A stretch of 64,000 bases of DNA from Gemmatimonadota bacterium. GTDB taxonomy: Bacteria; Gemmatimonadota; Gemmatimonadetes; Palauibacterales; Palauibacteraceae. Both the position numbers and the translations under genes were made by a program. Position 1 is the first letter of the stretch, and each line of letters begins with the position of its first letter. This document shows, one piece after another, positions 18,709 to 28,493 of the stretch. The stretch covers positions 16,282-80,281 of the forward strand of contig JBDHGL010000011.1 in assembly GCA_039589875.1 (NCBI GenBank), written 5' to 3'. The notes under the pieces are model-generated. The model had not been told where the DNA came from, ran no database searches, and worked only from the letters and a program-made list of their open reading frames with translations.

Positions 18709-21204
18709 GTGAATCTCGATCAGCCGGACTCGCGGGCGCTGGAGAGCGCCCGGGATCATGCGCTCAGGCTGATCGAGTTCCCGCGCGCCCTGGACCTCAT
18801 CGCGGCGCGCGCCACGAGTGCGCTCGGTGCGGAGCGGGTGCGGGCGCTGCGCCCCTGGACCGAGCATGCCGCCGTCGAGGAGGCGCTAGCCACCACCGAG
18901 GACATGGTCTCCTACGTCCTTCGCACCCCGGAGTGGGGGCCTCCTCCTATTCCGAACGTGCGAGCCGCCCTGTCCCGCCTCGGAGTCGATGGATCGGTGC
19001 TCGAATCGCTGGCGTTGCGTGACTGCGGCGTCCTGTTGGCCTCATCCCGCCGCGCCCGGCAGGACGTGCGCCGGCGAACGGAGGATTTTGGACGCATAGC
19101 CGCGCTCGCGGACCGCCTGCTGGTCCAGGAGGCGCTCGAGGAGCGTCTAGATCGGTCGATCGATCCGGCCGGCGAGCTGACGGATGCGGCTTCCCCTGAG
19201 CTCTCCCGGTTACGTCGTAGCTTGCGTTCCGAGCGGAGCTCCTTGGTCGCCCGCCTCGAACGCTTCACAGGAGAGCTGCCTGATCGGCTGCGCGTCGCTG
19301 ACGCATCGGTGACCGTCCGGGCGGGCAGGTACTGCGTTCCAGTGCGACGCGGTGGACGCTCGCAGGTGGGCGGAATCGTCCATGATGAATCGGCCAGCAC
19401 ACAAACGCTCTTCGTCGAGCCGGCGTTTGCGATCGAGCCGATGAACCGGGTCCGCGAGCTGGAGCTGGCGGAACGCCGGGAGATACAACGCATTCTCGCC
19501 GAGCTCAGCGACACGCTCCGTCCGCTTGTCAGCGAGTTGAGCGAGAGCTTGGATGCTCTATCGGAGCTCGATGCGCTCTTCGCGCTGGCCAACTACGCGC
19601 TCGATCACGGCGGCACGCGGCCGAAGCTGATTCCGGAGGGAGAAGAGGCGGGCTATCGGGCGCACCAGGCGTATCACCCGATACTCCGTGCTGTGGAGGA
19701 GCAGGCAGTAGCTTTCGATCTGGAGCTGGATCCACTCGAAGCGGTGGTTCTTGTGAGCGGCCCGAACGCCGGTGGCAAGACGGTTCTCCTGAAGGCGATC
19801 GGGCTGCTCTCGGCGCTGGCTCAGAGCGGGGTCATCCCGCCGGTGGGCGAGACGACGTCGCTTCCCGTATTCGGTAGCTTCTTCGCGATCATCGGCGACG
19901 AGCAATCGATCGACGCCTCTCTCTCGACCTTCAGCGCCCAGATCGGCAACCTCCGTGAGATTCTCGAGAGCAGCGACGGCCGGTCCCTGGTTCTCGTGGA
20001 TGAGATCGGCAGCAATACCGATCCAGCCGAGGGGGGCGCTCTGGCGGCGGCGGTACTTCTCCGGCTCTCCTCGCAAACGGCCTTGACCGTCGTTAGCACT
20101 CACCTGGGGGAGTTGAAGACGCTGGCCGGCGAGGAGCCCCGGATCGTGAACGCGTCCCTGCAGTTCGATCCGACCACCCTACGTCCGACCTACCGTCTGC
20201 TTCGCGACCGGCCCGGCCGAAGCTACGCCCTCGAGATCTCACAGCGACTCGGCATCGCGGCGGATGTGCTGGAGGTGGCCCGAGCGAGGCTCTCCGAGGG
20301 CTCGCGCGCGCTGGAAACGGTGCTCGCCGAGCTCGAGGAGCGCGAGGATGAGCTGAACCGGCTCCGAGGGACGCTGGAGCGGGAGCGGGCCGTGATGACC
20401 GAAGAGCGTACGGTTCTGGATGAAGAGAAAGCCGAGGCTACACGCCGGTCGGTGGAGCTGAAGGACCGGGAAGGAGCCGCGGAGCGTGAGGCCCGCGGCC
20501 GGGCCGAGCGCTACCTCCTCGATGCCAGGCGGGACGTCGAAGAGACGATCTCGACGCTCCAGGAGGGCTTCGACCAGTTGATCGCGGAGCTTCCCGACTC
20601 CATCGCCGGCGAGCGCGAGGCGTTGGTCGACAAGGCGCGGACGGCCGCAAGGGTCGCCCGGCGGGCCGTCGAGTCATCGCTCTCCGAGGTCCGAAGCGGC
20701 GCTCCGGAACCGCCGGAGGAGAGCGAGGCGGCGGTCGATCCGGTTCGTTCGTTCGATCTGGGAGATCGCGTGCAGGTCGCCTCGTTGGCCGAGGTGGGCC
20801 GGCTGGTCACTCTGGAAGCGGATCGCGCCGTGGTCGAGCTCGGAGGTGTCCGAATGACGGTCTCGCCGGCGGTGCTCCGGATCGCGCCCGAAGAGCCGGA
20901 AAAGGGAGTGCGGTCTGGCCGCAAAGGAGAATGGCGGGCACCTTCGCTGACCGTGAGCTCGGAGGTCGATTTGAGGGGGCTCCGGGTCGACGAGATCGAG
21001 CCGGCGCTCGTCCCGGCCCTCGATGCGGCGATCCAGGCGGATCTTCCCAGGCTACGCGTCATACATGGAAAGGGGACCGGCGCCCTCCGAGAGAGGGTGC
21101 GCGAGCTCTTGGCCGGCGACGCCCGGGTCCCGAGCTTCCGTCTTGGCACCTACCGCGAGGGCGGCATCGGTGTGACGGTGGTGGAGTTGACGGAATCCGA
21201 CTGA
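18709..21204 (+). CDS. mutS2: Endonuclease MutS2 (MutS domain V plus C-terminal Smr)
   Basis: Walker A SGPNAGGKTVLLK, DEIGSNTDPAEG, C-terminal Smr LRVIHGKGTGALRERV. GTG 18709 is 1 nt after the HIT stop. Confidence 0.9.
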   Translation: MNLDQPDSRALESARDHALRLIEFPRALDLIAARATSALGAERVRALRPWTEHAAVEEALATTEDMVSYVLRTPEWGPPPIPNVRAALSRLGVDGSVLESLALRDCGVLLASSRRARQDVRRRTEDFGRIAALADRLLVQEALEERLDRSIDPAGELTDAASPELSRLRRSLRSERSSLVARLERFTGELPDRLRVADASVTVRAGRYCVPVRRGGRSQVGGIVHDESASTQTLFVEPAFAIEPMNRVRELELAERREIQRILAELSDTLRPLVSELSESLDALSELDALFALANYALDHGGTRPKLIPEGEEAGYRAHQAYHPILRAVEEQAVAFDLELDPLEAVVLVSGPNAGGKTVLLKAIGLLSALAQSGVIPPVGETTSLPVFGSFFAIIGDEQSIDASLSTFSAQIGNLREILESSDGRSLVLVDEIGSNTDPAEGGALAAAVLLRLSSQTALTVVSTHLGELKTLAGEEPRIVNASLQFDPTTLRPTYRLLRDRPGRSYALEISQRLGIAADVLEVARARLSEGSRALETVLAELEEREDELNRLRGTLERERAVMTEERTVLDEEKAEATRRSVELKDREGAAEREARGRAERYLLDARRDVEETISTLQEGFDQLIAELPDSIAGEREALVDKARTAARVARRAVESSLSEVRSGAPEPPEESEAAVDPVRSFDLGDRVQVASLAEVGRLVTLEADRAVVELGGVRMTVSPAVLRIAPEEPEKGVRSGRKGEWRAPSLTVSSEVDLRGLRVDEIEPALVPALDAAIQADLPRLRVIHGKGTGALRERVRELLAGDARVPSFRLGTYREGGIGVTVVELTESD

Positions 21205-21227
21205 TTGATGCTCTGTAAAAGACGCCC

Positions 21228-23099
21228 GTGGTAAGCGACGCACTGGTCGAAGAGGTACGAGCTCGCGCCGACCTGGTGGAGATCTGCGGCGAGCACATGC
21301 AGCTGAAGCGCGTCGGAAAGAGCTACCGCGGACCCTGCCCGCTGCACGGAGGTGACGGCGCCAACTTCTCCGTCGATTCGGAGCGCGGGATCTTTAAGTG
21401 CTTCGTATGTGGCGAGGGTGGAGACGTCTTCTCCTTCCTCATGCTTCACCTCGGCCTCGATTTCCCCAGCGCGGTACGCCATGTAGCCGAACGCGTGGGT
21501 GTCGAGATCCCCGATGCCGATGATCGACGTCCCGACCCGTTCGCCGGGCTCCGCGAGGTAAACGCGTTCGCCGAGGAGTGGTTCGGTGAGAGGCTTCGGA
21601 GCACGGAAGGCCGTCGAGCGACCGAATACCTCGCCGGCCGCGGGATCGACGACGAAAAGGCGAAACACTTCGGAATCGGCTTCGCGCCGGATGAGTGGCG
21701 AGGGCTGCGGGACGCCGCTCGCGAGCGCGGCGTGGATGAAGAGGCGCTGGTCGAGGTCGGGTTGCTGGCAACGAGCGACCGCGCCGCCGAGCCCTACGAT
21801 CGCTTCCGGAACCGTGTCGTTTTCTCCATTCGAGACCTGCGGGATCGACCGATCGGATTCGGAGGTCGCTCGCTCGGAGAGGATGATGAGGGAACGCCGA
21901 AGTACATCAACTCGCCCGACTCTCCGATCTTCGAGAAAGGCGAGTCCCTTTATCTGCTGAACGTGGCGCGGCACCCGATGCGACGCGCCAAGGTGGCAGT
22001 GGTCGTCGAAGGCTTCATGGACGCAATCACGCTGCATCACCACGGATTCCAACATGTCGTCGCCCCCCTGGGCACCGCACTGACCACTTCGCAGGCCGGA
22101 CAGCTGGGCCGGTATGCCCCACAGGCGTATCTCGTCTACGACTCGGACACACCCGGTCGAAAGGCCAGCTTCAAGGCGGCGGACACGCTGCTGAGGGCCG
22201 GCGTTCATCCGCTGATCGTCACGCTTCCGCAGGGCGAGGATCCCGACTCACTCGTCCGACGGCAGGGCCGGGCGAGCTTCGCCGCTCTCATCGAGGACGC
22301 GATGGATGTCCTCGAGCTCAAGCTGAGGATCCTCCAGGAGAAGGGATATCTCCAAACGGCGGAGGGCCGGCGCCGGGCGCTGGACGGCTTGCTGAGCACC
22401 TTGAGAGCCGTGCGGGATCCGGCGCTGCAAGACATCTACATCGGACGGGCCTCGGAGACGACCGGGGTCCGCCGGGAGACGATCGTCCACGAGGTGGCGA
22501 GAGAAGGCAGGCGGCGTGGAGCGCGGCGTCGTGATCCCGAGCCACGGCACCCGAGCTCGACGAAGCGCCCGGTTGGTGCCAAAGCTGCTGAAGAGCGCAG
22601 TCTTCTCCTGCTTCTCGTCCGCGATTCTCTACTGACCGAGGGGTCGGCGGAGCGTTCGTGGATCGGACGAGCCCTGGATGATGGAGTCCGAGTAGAGCAC
22701 TTTCACGCTCCGGAGTATCGAGCGCTATACGAGGCTCTGGCGAAGACACGAGAAGAAGGGGCAAGACCGGACGCGGCCGATCTACTCGGAGTCGTTCCGA
22801 AGGAGCTCCGGGAGCTGTTGGAGGGCTTGCTCGGTGACGCTACCGAGCTGACGCATCCGGAAGCGACTTACGAAGCGTCCGTGCAGCGGCTGATCTACCG
22901 GCCTGCCGAGCGGCGCCTGCGAGAGATTCGACGGGAGATGACGATGGCTGACGAGCCGCAGAAGAGGGAGCTTCTGCAGGAGCAGATGCGCATCCGCTCC
23001 GGCCTGCCGGAATCGGAGAAGACACGGTTGGCCCTTGTGCTCCCCTGGCTCGACCGATCCGAAACCTCACCGCTGGAAGAGTGGAGAAGGGATGGATGA
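21228..23099 (+). CDS. dnaG: DNA primase
   Basis: Zinc ribbon CPLHGGDGANFSV...FKCFVCGEGGDVFSF, TOPRIM VVVEGFMDAI and YLVYDSDTPG. Confidence 0.95.
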   Translation: MVSDALVEEVRARADLVEICGEHMQLKRVGKSYRGPCPLHGGDGANFSVDSERGIFKCFVCGEGGDVFSFLMLHLGLDFPSAVRHVAERVGVEIPDADDRRPDPFAGLREVNAFAEEWFGERLRSTEGRRATEYLAGRGIDDEKAKHFGIGFAPDEWRGLRDAARERGVDEEALVEVGLLATSDRAAEPYDRFRNRVVFSIRDLRDRPIGFGGRSLGEDDEGTPKYINSPDSPIFEKGESLYLLNVARHPMRRAKVAVVVEGFMDAITLHHHGFQHVVAPLGTALTTSQAGQLGRYAPQAYLVYDSDTPGRKASFKAADTLLRAGVHPLIVTLPQGEDPDSLVRRQGRASFAALIEDAMDVLELKLRILQEKGYLQTAEGRRRALDGLLSTLRAVRDPALQDIYIGRASETTGVRRETIVHEVAREGRRRGARRRDPEPRHPSSTKRPVGAKAAEERSLLLLLVRDSLLTEGSAERSWIGRALDDGVRVEHFHAPEYRALYEALAKTREEGARPDAADLLGVVPKELRELLEGLLGDATELTHPEATYEASVQRLIYRPAERRLREIRREMTMADEPQKRELLQEQMRIRSGLPESEKTRLALVLPWLDRSETSPLEEWRRDG

Positions 23100-23817
23100 A
23101 CAGATAGCGGCAGACGAGACGTTCGAGGCGCTACGCACTCTCGAAAAGATCGACCACGAGATCGAGGCCTTCGCGAACCAGCTCGATGAGCTGGCGCCCG
23201 AGCTGTCGGCGTCCGGCCAGCGGATAGCGGAGATGAAGGCGCGTGCCGAGATGCTCACGAAAAAGGCCGATCGCGTCGAACTAAGATTGCGCAAATTCGA
23301 GCGGGCTTCGCAGGCCGGAAGGGAGACCCTGAAACGGCTTCAGCAGCGTGCCCAGGAGGTCCAGAACCTCAAGCAGCACACAGCGGTACGGGCCGAGACG
23401 GATGCGGCGCGCAGAAACCTGGAGGCGGCCGAGGACGATCTCCTCGACGCGATGCAGGAGGCGGAGGAGGCGCGCGGCGCTCTAGCGGCGCTCGCACGCG
23501 AGCTCAGCGAAGAGGAAGCCGCTTATGAGGCGTTGGAGAGCGAGACGAGCGCCCGAAGAGCGGAGATCGAGGCCGAGATCTCGGTTCAGCGCGACCGCCG
23601 AAGAAACCGCGAGATGCGGCTCGACGCAGACGCCGTTCGCCTCTACGAGTCGGTGCGCGGCGGAAAAACCCGCAAGGTACTGGCTCCGCTGACGCAGGAC
23701 GGCGTCTGCGGGCATTGCTACACCTTCATACCGGTACAGCGACAGGCCGAGATCCGCGGCGCCAGCCGGCTGTATCTCTGCGAGGGATGCGGAATCATAC
23801 TCTATCCCGCCGGGTGA
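23092..23817 (+). CDS. DUF164 / C4-type zinc-ribbon coiled-coil protein (HP0958-like)
   Basis: Long coiled coil, then CGHCYTFIP...LYLCEGCGIILY. ATG 23092 with GGAGAAGG SD, overlapping the dnaG stop. Confidence 0.8.
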   Translation: MDEQIAADETFEALRTLEKIDHEIEAFANQLDELAPELSASGQRIAEMKARAEMLTKKADRVELRLRKFERASQAGRETLKRLQQRAQEVQNLKQHTAVRAETDAARRNLEAAEDDLLDAMQEAEEARGALAALARELSEEEAAYEALESETSARRAEIEAEISVQRDRRRNREMRLDADAVRLYESVRGGKTRKVLAPLTQDGVCGHCYTFIPVQRQAEIRGASRLYLCEGCGIILYPAG

Positions 23818-23824
23818 GCACCGG

Positions 23825-25558
23825 GTGACAGAGGCCGTCCGACCGCATCGTCGCTGGGTCGCGCCGGAGCCGATATCTCCCGACGACGTTCAGGCGCTTC
23901 AAGACTCTCTACAACTTCCCCCACAGTTCTGCCGCCTGCTTCTCCGTCGCGGTTGCGTCGACGCGGAGACCGCGCGGAGCTACCTGCGCCCCGGGCTGGC
24001 CGTGCTGCCGGAGGCGGAGCGGTTGCCGGACATGGCAGCGGCTCTCGCACGGATCGAGGAGGCGATCGAGTCGGGCGAGCCGATTCTGGTGCACGGGGAC
24101 TACGACGTGGATGGAATCACCTCCGCGGCGCTCCTCCAGCGTGGCCTCGGTCGGCTCGGCGCTCAGGTCGAGGCCTTCGTGCCGCACCGAACCCGGGATG
24201 GCTACGATCTGGGGCCCGCCGGCCTTCAGCGAGCCAGGGGTATGGGTGCGCGGCTGATCATCACGACCGATTGCGGGATGACCGCCATGGAGGCGATCGA
24301 GGAGGCGGGCCACGAAGGGATCGATGTCGTCGTGACCGATCACCACCGGCCAGGACTTCGCCTGCCGCCTGCAGTGGCGGTGGTCAACCCCCACCGAGCC
24401 GACAGCGAGTACCGCTTCACCGGCCTCACGGGGGTGGGCGTCGCCTTCAAGCTGTTGGCCGGGCTGTACGGAAGAGCCGGGCGGTCCGAGGGCGAGCTCA
24501 ATCGTGATCTCGACCTGGTGGCGATCGGGACGATCGCAGATCGAGGCCCCCTGGTCGCAGAGAATCGAGCCCTTGTGAGAGCGGGCCTTCGTGTGCTGGC
24601 GCGTTCCCGAAACGTCGGTCTGCGATCGCTGATGGATCTGGCGCGGGTGACGCCGCACGGCGGCCGCGTTCAAGCCGAGGACGTGGGCTTTCGACTTGCC
24701 CCCCGCCTCAACGCGGCCGGGCGGATCGGGGCCGCGGAGGATGCGCTCCGACTGCTAATCACCGACGAATCCACGGAAGCGGAAGAACTCGCCTGGACGC
24801 TCGAGAACCACAACCGGCGGCGGCGTTCCACCGACAGGCAGGTGCTCGAGGAGGCCGAGAAGGAGCTGCTGAGCCGGTTCGACCCCGAGAAGGACCGTGC
24901 GATCGTTCTGTGGAGCGACGGCTGGCACCCCGGGGTGATCGGCATCGTCGCCTCGAAGCTCGCGGAGCGGTTGGGTCGACCGACGGTTCTCATCAGCCTC
25001 GAGGGCGACAGCGGTAGAGGTTCGGCGCGCTCGGCCGGAGGCGTGAATCTGGTCGAGGTCCTGGACGCATGTGCTGACCTTCTTGACAGATATGGCGGAC
25101 ACCGCGACGCCGCCGGGTTCGATATCCAACGCTCGCGGCTGGAAGAATTCGCAGCGCTCTTCGTGGCCACCGTGGGCCGCATTGAGCAGGACGATGGTGC
25201 CTCGATCGATCTCGATCTGGAGATAGACCTGGAGTTGACCGTGCAGGACGCGCTGGCTTCGATCGCGCCATGGATGAGGCATCTCGAGCCGCTCGGCGAC
25301 GGGAATCCGCGCCCCGTTCTGCTCGCCCGCGCGGTCAGACTGGAGGATGTGTCGGAGGTGGGAAGCGAAGGAGGGCACCTTCGGGCGGCCATCGTGGGGC
25401 CGGAAGGCGGCCGTCTGGCTGCGATCGGGTTCGGATTGGGTGACAGGGTCCCGGAGCTCTCCGACGGGTTGTGGGACGTGACATTCGAGCTCGTCGAAGA
25501 TTTCTGGCGCGACCGGCGCCGGCTGCAGGCTCGTCTTCTTGACGCTCACGGCGCTTGA
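23825..25558 (+). CDS. recJ: Single-stranded-DNA-specific exonuclease RecJ
   Basis: DHH motifs VHGDYDVDGITS, TTDCG, VTDHH; DHHA1 GGHRDAAGF. Confidence 0.95.
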   Translation: MTEAVRPHRRWVAPEPISPDDVQALQDSLQLPPQFCRLLLRRGCVDAETARSYLRPGLAVLPEAERLPDMAAALARIEEAIESGEPILVHGDYDVDGITSAALLQRGLGRLGAQVEAFVPHRTRDGYDLGPAGLQRARGMGARLIITTDCGMTAMEAIEEAGHEGIDVVVTDHHRPGLRLPPAVAVVNPHRADSEYRFTGLTGVGVAFKLLAGLYGRAGRSEGELNRDLDLVAIGTIADRGPLVAENRALVRAGLRVLARSRNVGLRSLMDLARVTPHGGRVQAEDVGFRLAPRLNAAGRIGAAEDALRLLITDESTEAEELAWTLENHNRRRRSTDRQVLEEAEKELLSRFDPEKDRAIVLWSDGWHPGVIGIVASKLAERLGRPTVLISLEGDSGRGSARSAGGVNLVEVLDACADLLDRYGGHRDAAGFDIQRSRLEEFAALFVATVGRIEQDDGASIDLDLEIDLELTVQDALASIAPWMRHLEPLGDGNPRPVLLARAVRLEDVSEVGSEGGHLRAAIVGPEGGRLAAIGFGLGDRVPELSDGLWDVTFELVEDFWRDRRRLQARLLDAHGA

Positions 25559-26112
25559 GGCTTCGTATCGTCGCGGGAACGCTGGGCGGCCGTCTGATCT
25601 CGGCGCCCTCTCGTCCGACGCTTCGGGCGACCAGCGAGCGTGTGCGCGAGGCGTGGTTCAGCGCTCTCGGCGCCCGGGTGGAAGATGCCGTGGTGCTGGA
25701 TCTTTTTGCCGGATCCGGAGCTCTCGGAATCGAGGCTCTCTCCCGGGGAGCCGCCCACGTCGACTTCGTCGAGAGCGACTCCCGGCTCATACGGGCGATT
25801 CGCTCGAACCTGGGCACCCTGGGGCTCGAAGACCGTGCGCGGGTGTCGCGCTCGGAAGCGTTCGCCTTCCTGCAGCGGAGTCTGCGCCGCCGGTGGGATG
25901 TCGTCCTGGCGGATCCACCGTATCGTAAGGGGCTGGCGGAGCGGCTGGCCGATGCGTACCGGGCGCGACCGTTCGCGAGGATTCTCTGTGTGGAGCATGA
26001 GCCGGCCGTTTCGCTCGCGAGGCCCGGCGACTGGTCGAGGGCCTACGGAGATACCCAGCTGACGTTCTTGGTGGCGGGGGAAACAGGTTCAGAAACGGAG
26101 ACGGATCAGTGA
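25555..26112 (+). CDS. rsmD: 16S rRNA (guanine966-N2)-methyltransferase
   Basis: LRIVAGTLGGR, DLFAGSGALGIEALSRGA, LADPPY. TTGA overlap with recJ. Confidence 0.88.
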   Translation: MRLRIVAGTLGGRLISAPSRPTLRATSERVREAWFSALGARVEDAVVLDLFAGSGALGIEALSRGAAHVDFVESDSRLIRAIRSNLGTLGLEDRARVSRSEAFAFLQRSLRRRWDVVLADPPYRKGLAERLADAYRARPFARILCVEHEPAVSLARPGDWSRAYGDTQLTFLVAGETGSETETDQ

Positions 26113-26621
26113 ACGCAAGCGAGAGGACCGCGGTCTATCCCGGCTCATTCGATCCCCTGACGCTGGGGCATGACGACATCGTCCGACGGAGCCTCAAGCT
26201 CGTGGACCGGGTGATCGTGGCCGTGGCGACCACGGCGACGCAGACCAAGCAGCCCTTGTTCCCGCTCGAAGAGAGGGTGGCCTGCCTGAGGGCCGTCTAC
26301 GAAGACGAGCCGCGCGTCGAGATCGGGTCGTTCGAGGGCCTTCTCGTCGACTTCGCGCGGTCCTCGGGCGCCCCCGTCATCATCCGGGGACTCCGGGCGG
26401 TCAGCGATTTCGAGTACGAGTTCCAGATGGCCCTGATGAATCGGTCTTTGTGGCCGGAGATCGAGGTGATCTTCATGGCTCCGGCCAACGAGTACACCTT
26501 CCTCTCCTCGTCCCTCGTCCGCGAAGTGGCGCGGCTCGGCGGCGACGTCTCCGGCTTCGTTCCCCCCTTGGTGCTTGATGCTCTCGTCGGGCGTCTCGGA
26601 CCGCACGTGGCTGGCGGATGA
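26109..26621 (+). CDS. coaD: Phosphopantetheine adenylyltransferase
   Basis: AVYPGSFDPLTLGHDDIVRR, ISSSLVREV-like SSSLVREVA. GTGA overlap with rsmD. Confidence 0.95.
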   Translation: MNASERTAVYPGSFDPLTLGHDDIVRRSLKLVDRVIVAVATTATQTKQPLFPLEERVACLRAVYEDEPRVEIGSFEGLLVDFARSSGAPVIIRGLRAVSDFEYEFQMALMNRSLWPEIEVIFMAPANEYTFLSSSLVREVARLGGDVSGFVPPLVLDALVGRLGPHVAGG

Positions 26622-26646
26622 TCGACGTCCGGCTCCTCGGCCAGGC

Positions 26647-27615
26647 ATGAGGTCCTCCGCGCCAGCGGCGGAATTCCTCGAAGACCTCGCCACGCGGGCC
26701 TCGGCCGCTCGCCGCCGGATCGGCTTTCCGGAACCGGGGGACGAGCGGTTGGTCCAGGGCATGCGGAGGCTGTCTGAGCAGCGACTCGTCCGGCCAGTGG
26801 CGATCGGAGCGGAGCCCGATCTACGTCCTCTCCAGGAGCTGCTTCCCGATGTCGAGCTGGTCGATATCGCGGATCTACCGTTGGAGGTACTGGAGCACGT
26901 GGCCGCTGACCCTTACGGCTGTGACCTGTCATCCCCGGTTCAGGTGGCGGCGCGGCTCGTCGGCTCGGGCTGGCTGGACGGTGCCGTGGCCGGTGCCGGT
27001 ACGGAAACGGCTGCCGTGATACGAGCGGGCCTTCGCTGTATTGGAATGGCGCCAGATGTGGGGATCGTCTCCAGCGCCTTTTACATGCTGTTGCGCGAGC
27101 CGGCTCCGGTCGGTTTCTCCGTGCTCAGCTTCGCGGACGCGGGCGTGGTTCCCGATCCGACTCCGGCTCAGCTGGCCGAGATCGCCGAGCAGACCGCGCG
27201 AGCGCGTCGCTTGATCGTCGGCGACGAACCTCGCGTCGCCTTTCTCTCCTACTCAACCCACGGTTCGGCTGGCGGTGCCTCGGTCGACCGAGTTCGGGAG
27301 GCTCTGGGATTGTTCCGCCAGCGTTGTCCCGAGATCGCAGCGGATGGAGAGCTTCAGGTAGATGCTGCTCTGATCCCCGACATAGCTGTCACCAAGGCAC
27401 CGGACTCCCCGATTCGCGGCGATGCGAACGTCCTCATCTTCCCGGATCTGGACGCGGCAAATATCGCCTACAAGCTGGTGCAGCGTCTCGCCGGCGCCGA
27501 GGCCTTGGGACCGATCCTCCAAGGGCTCTCGCGTCCCCTCAACGATCTATCCCGCGGCGCGGTCGTCGATGATGTGGTGCGAGTCGCCTGCATCACGGCC
27601 CTGATGGCAGGGTGA
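26647..27615 (+). CDS. pta: Phosphate acetyl/butyryl-transferase (short Pta type)
   Basis: IGFPEPGDERL, ANVLIFPDLDAANIAYKLVQRL, GPILQGLSRPLNDLSRG. ATG 26647 follows the coaD stop. Confidence 0.85.
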   Translation: MRSSAPAAEFLEDLATRASAARRRIGFPEPGDERLVQGMRRLSEQRLVRPVAIGAEPDLRPLQELLPDVELVDIADLPLEVLEHVAADPYGCDLSSPVQVAARLVGSGWLDGAVAGAGTETAAVIRAGLRCIGMAPDVGIVSSAFYMLLREPAPVGFSVLSFADAGVVPDPTPAQLAEIAEQTARARRLIVGDEPRVAFLSYSTHGSAGGASVDRVREALGLFRQRCPEIAADGELQVDAALIPDIAVTKAPDSPIRGDANVLIFPDLDAANIAYKLVQRLAGAEALGPILQGLSRPLNDLSRGAVVDDVVRVACITALMAG

Positions 27616-28457
27616 GCGCAGAACAAGGCGAGCGACGTCCCGCGAAGCGCTCGCTCAGCCAGAACTTCCTCGTCGATCCGAATCTTCAGAAGAAGATCAT
27701 CCGTGAGCTGGAAGCGGATTCCGGAGACGCGGTTCTTGAGATCGGTCCAGGTCACGGCGAGCTCAGCGTCCTGCTCGCCGATCAGGTGGCCGAGCTGGTG
27801 CTGGTCGAGAAGGATGATGACCTGGTCGAGGATCTAAGGCAGCGGTTCGCCGAGTCCGGCACGGTCGTGGTCGTGCACGGCGATGCGCTGCGGCTGGATC
27901 TCTCGGTGCTCCTGGCTCCCGAGCGCCCACATCGGGTGCTCTCCAACCTCCCATACTCGATCACCACGCCGCTCTTGTTTCGGATCCTGGAGATCCGCCC
28001 GCCTCCCGCCAGGGTCGTCGTGACGGTTCAGCTCGAGGTCGCGGAGAGGATCGTAGCGAGCCCGGGCAAGAAGGCATACGGCGCGTTGAGCGTGGGAGTC
28101 CAGACTCGCGGGAGCGCGCACATCGCGTTCCGCCTGGGGAGAAGGGCGTTTCGTCCGGTGCCCGGCGTGGACTCGGCCACCCTGGTGATCGATCCCGACC
28201 CGCGGCCGCTCCCTGCGGACGAGGAGGTCGCGCTGCGCCGGCTGACGCGTGTGGCGTTCAGGGGGCGCCGCAAGCAGCTACAGAAGATCCTGCGTAGCGC
28301 TCCGGAGTACGGCCTCTCGCCGGAAGCCATGGAGGAGCTCGCGGCCGGCCTGGGTTTCGACCCACGCGCCCGACCGGAGGTTCTCTCTCCGCAGGACTTC
28401 GTGGATCTGGCCCGAGCGCTCCAAACCGGCGTTGAGAAGCGCCGGAAGCGTCCCTAA
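27612..28457 (+). CDS. rsmA: 16S rRNA (adenine1518/1519-N6)-dimethyltransferase (KsgA)
   Basis: LSQNFLVDPN, VLEIGPGHGELS, SNLPYSITTPLLF. Confidence 0.93.
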   Translation: MSAEQGERRPAKRSLSQNFLVDPNLQKKIIRELEADSGDAVLEIGPGHGELSVLLADQVAELVLVEKDDDLVEDLRQRFAESGTVVVVHGDALRLDLSVLLAPERPHRVLSNLPYSITTPLLFRILEIRPPPARVVVTVQLEVAERIVASPGKKAYGALSVGVQTRGSAHIAFRLGRRAFRPVPGVDSATLVIDPDPRPLPADEEVALRRLTRVAFRGRRKQLQKILRSAPEYGLSPEAMEELAAGLGFDPRARPEVLSPQDFVDLARALQTGVEKRRKRP

Positions 28458-28462
28458 GTTGC

Positions 28463-28480
28463 TTGTGAACGATTTCACAA
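28463..28480. promoter_or_regulatory. Rex operator, perfect 18-bp palindrome TTGTGAA-CGAT-TTCACAA
   Basis: Read directly from the sequence, 13 nt upstream of the rex GTG. It matches the published Rex consensus TTGTGAAnnnnTTCACAA at all 14 specified positions. Confidence 0.85.
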
Positions 28481-28493
28481 GCGTTTCGGGAGC

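Noticed and set aside
20093-20119. CIRCE-like half site TTAGCACTC-N9-AGTTGAAGA
   Set aside because: The left arm is perfect, but the right arm does not match GAGTGCTAA (at best 5/9 with a shifted spacer), and it lies inside the mutS2 coding sequence.
21150-22208. 352-aa ORF on the - strand
   Set aside because: Antisense to dnaG, whose zinc-ribbon and TOPRIM motifs are unambiguous. No SD and no recognisable domains.
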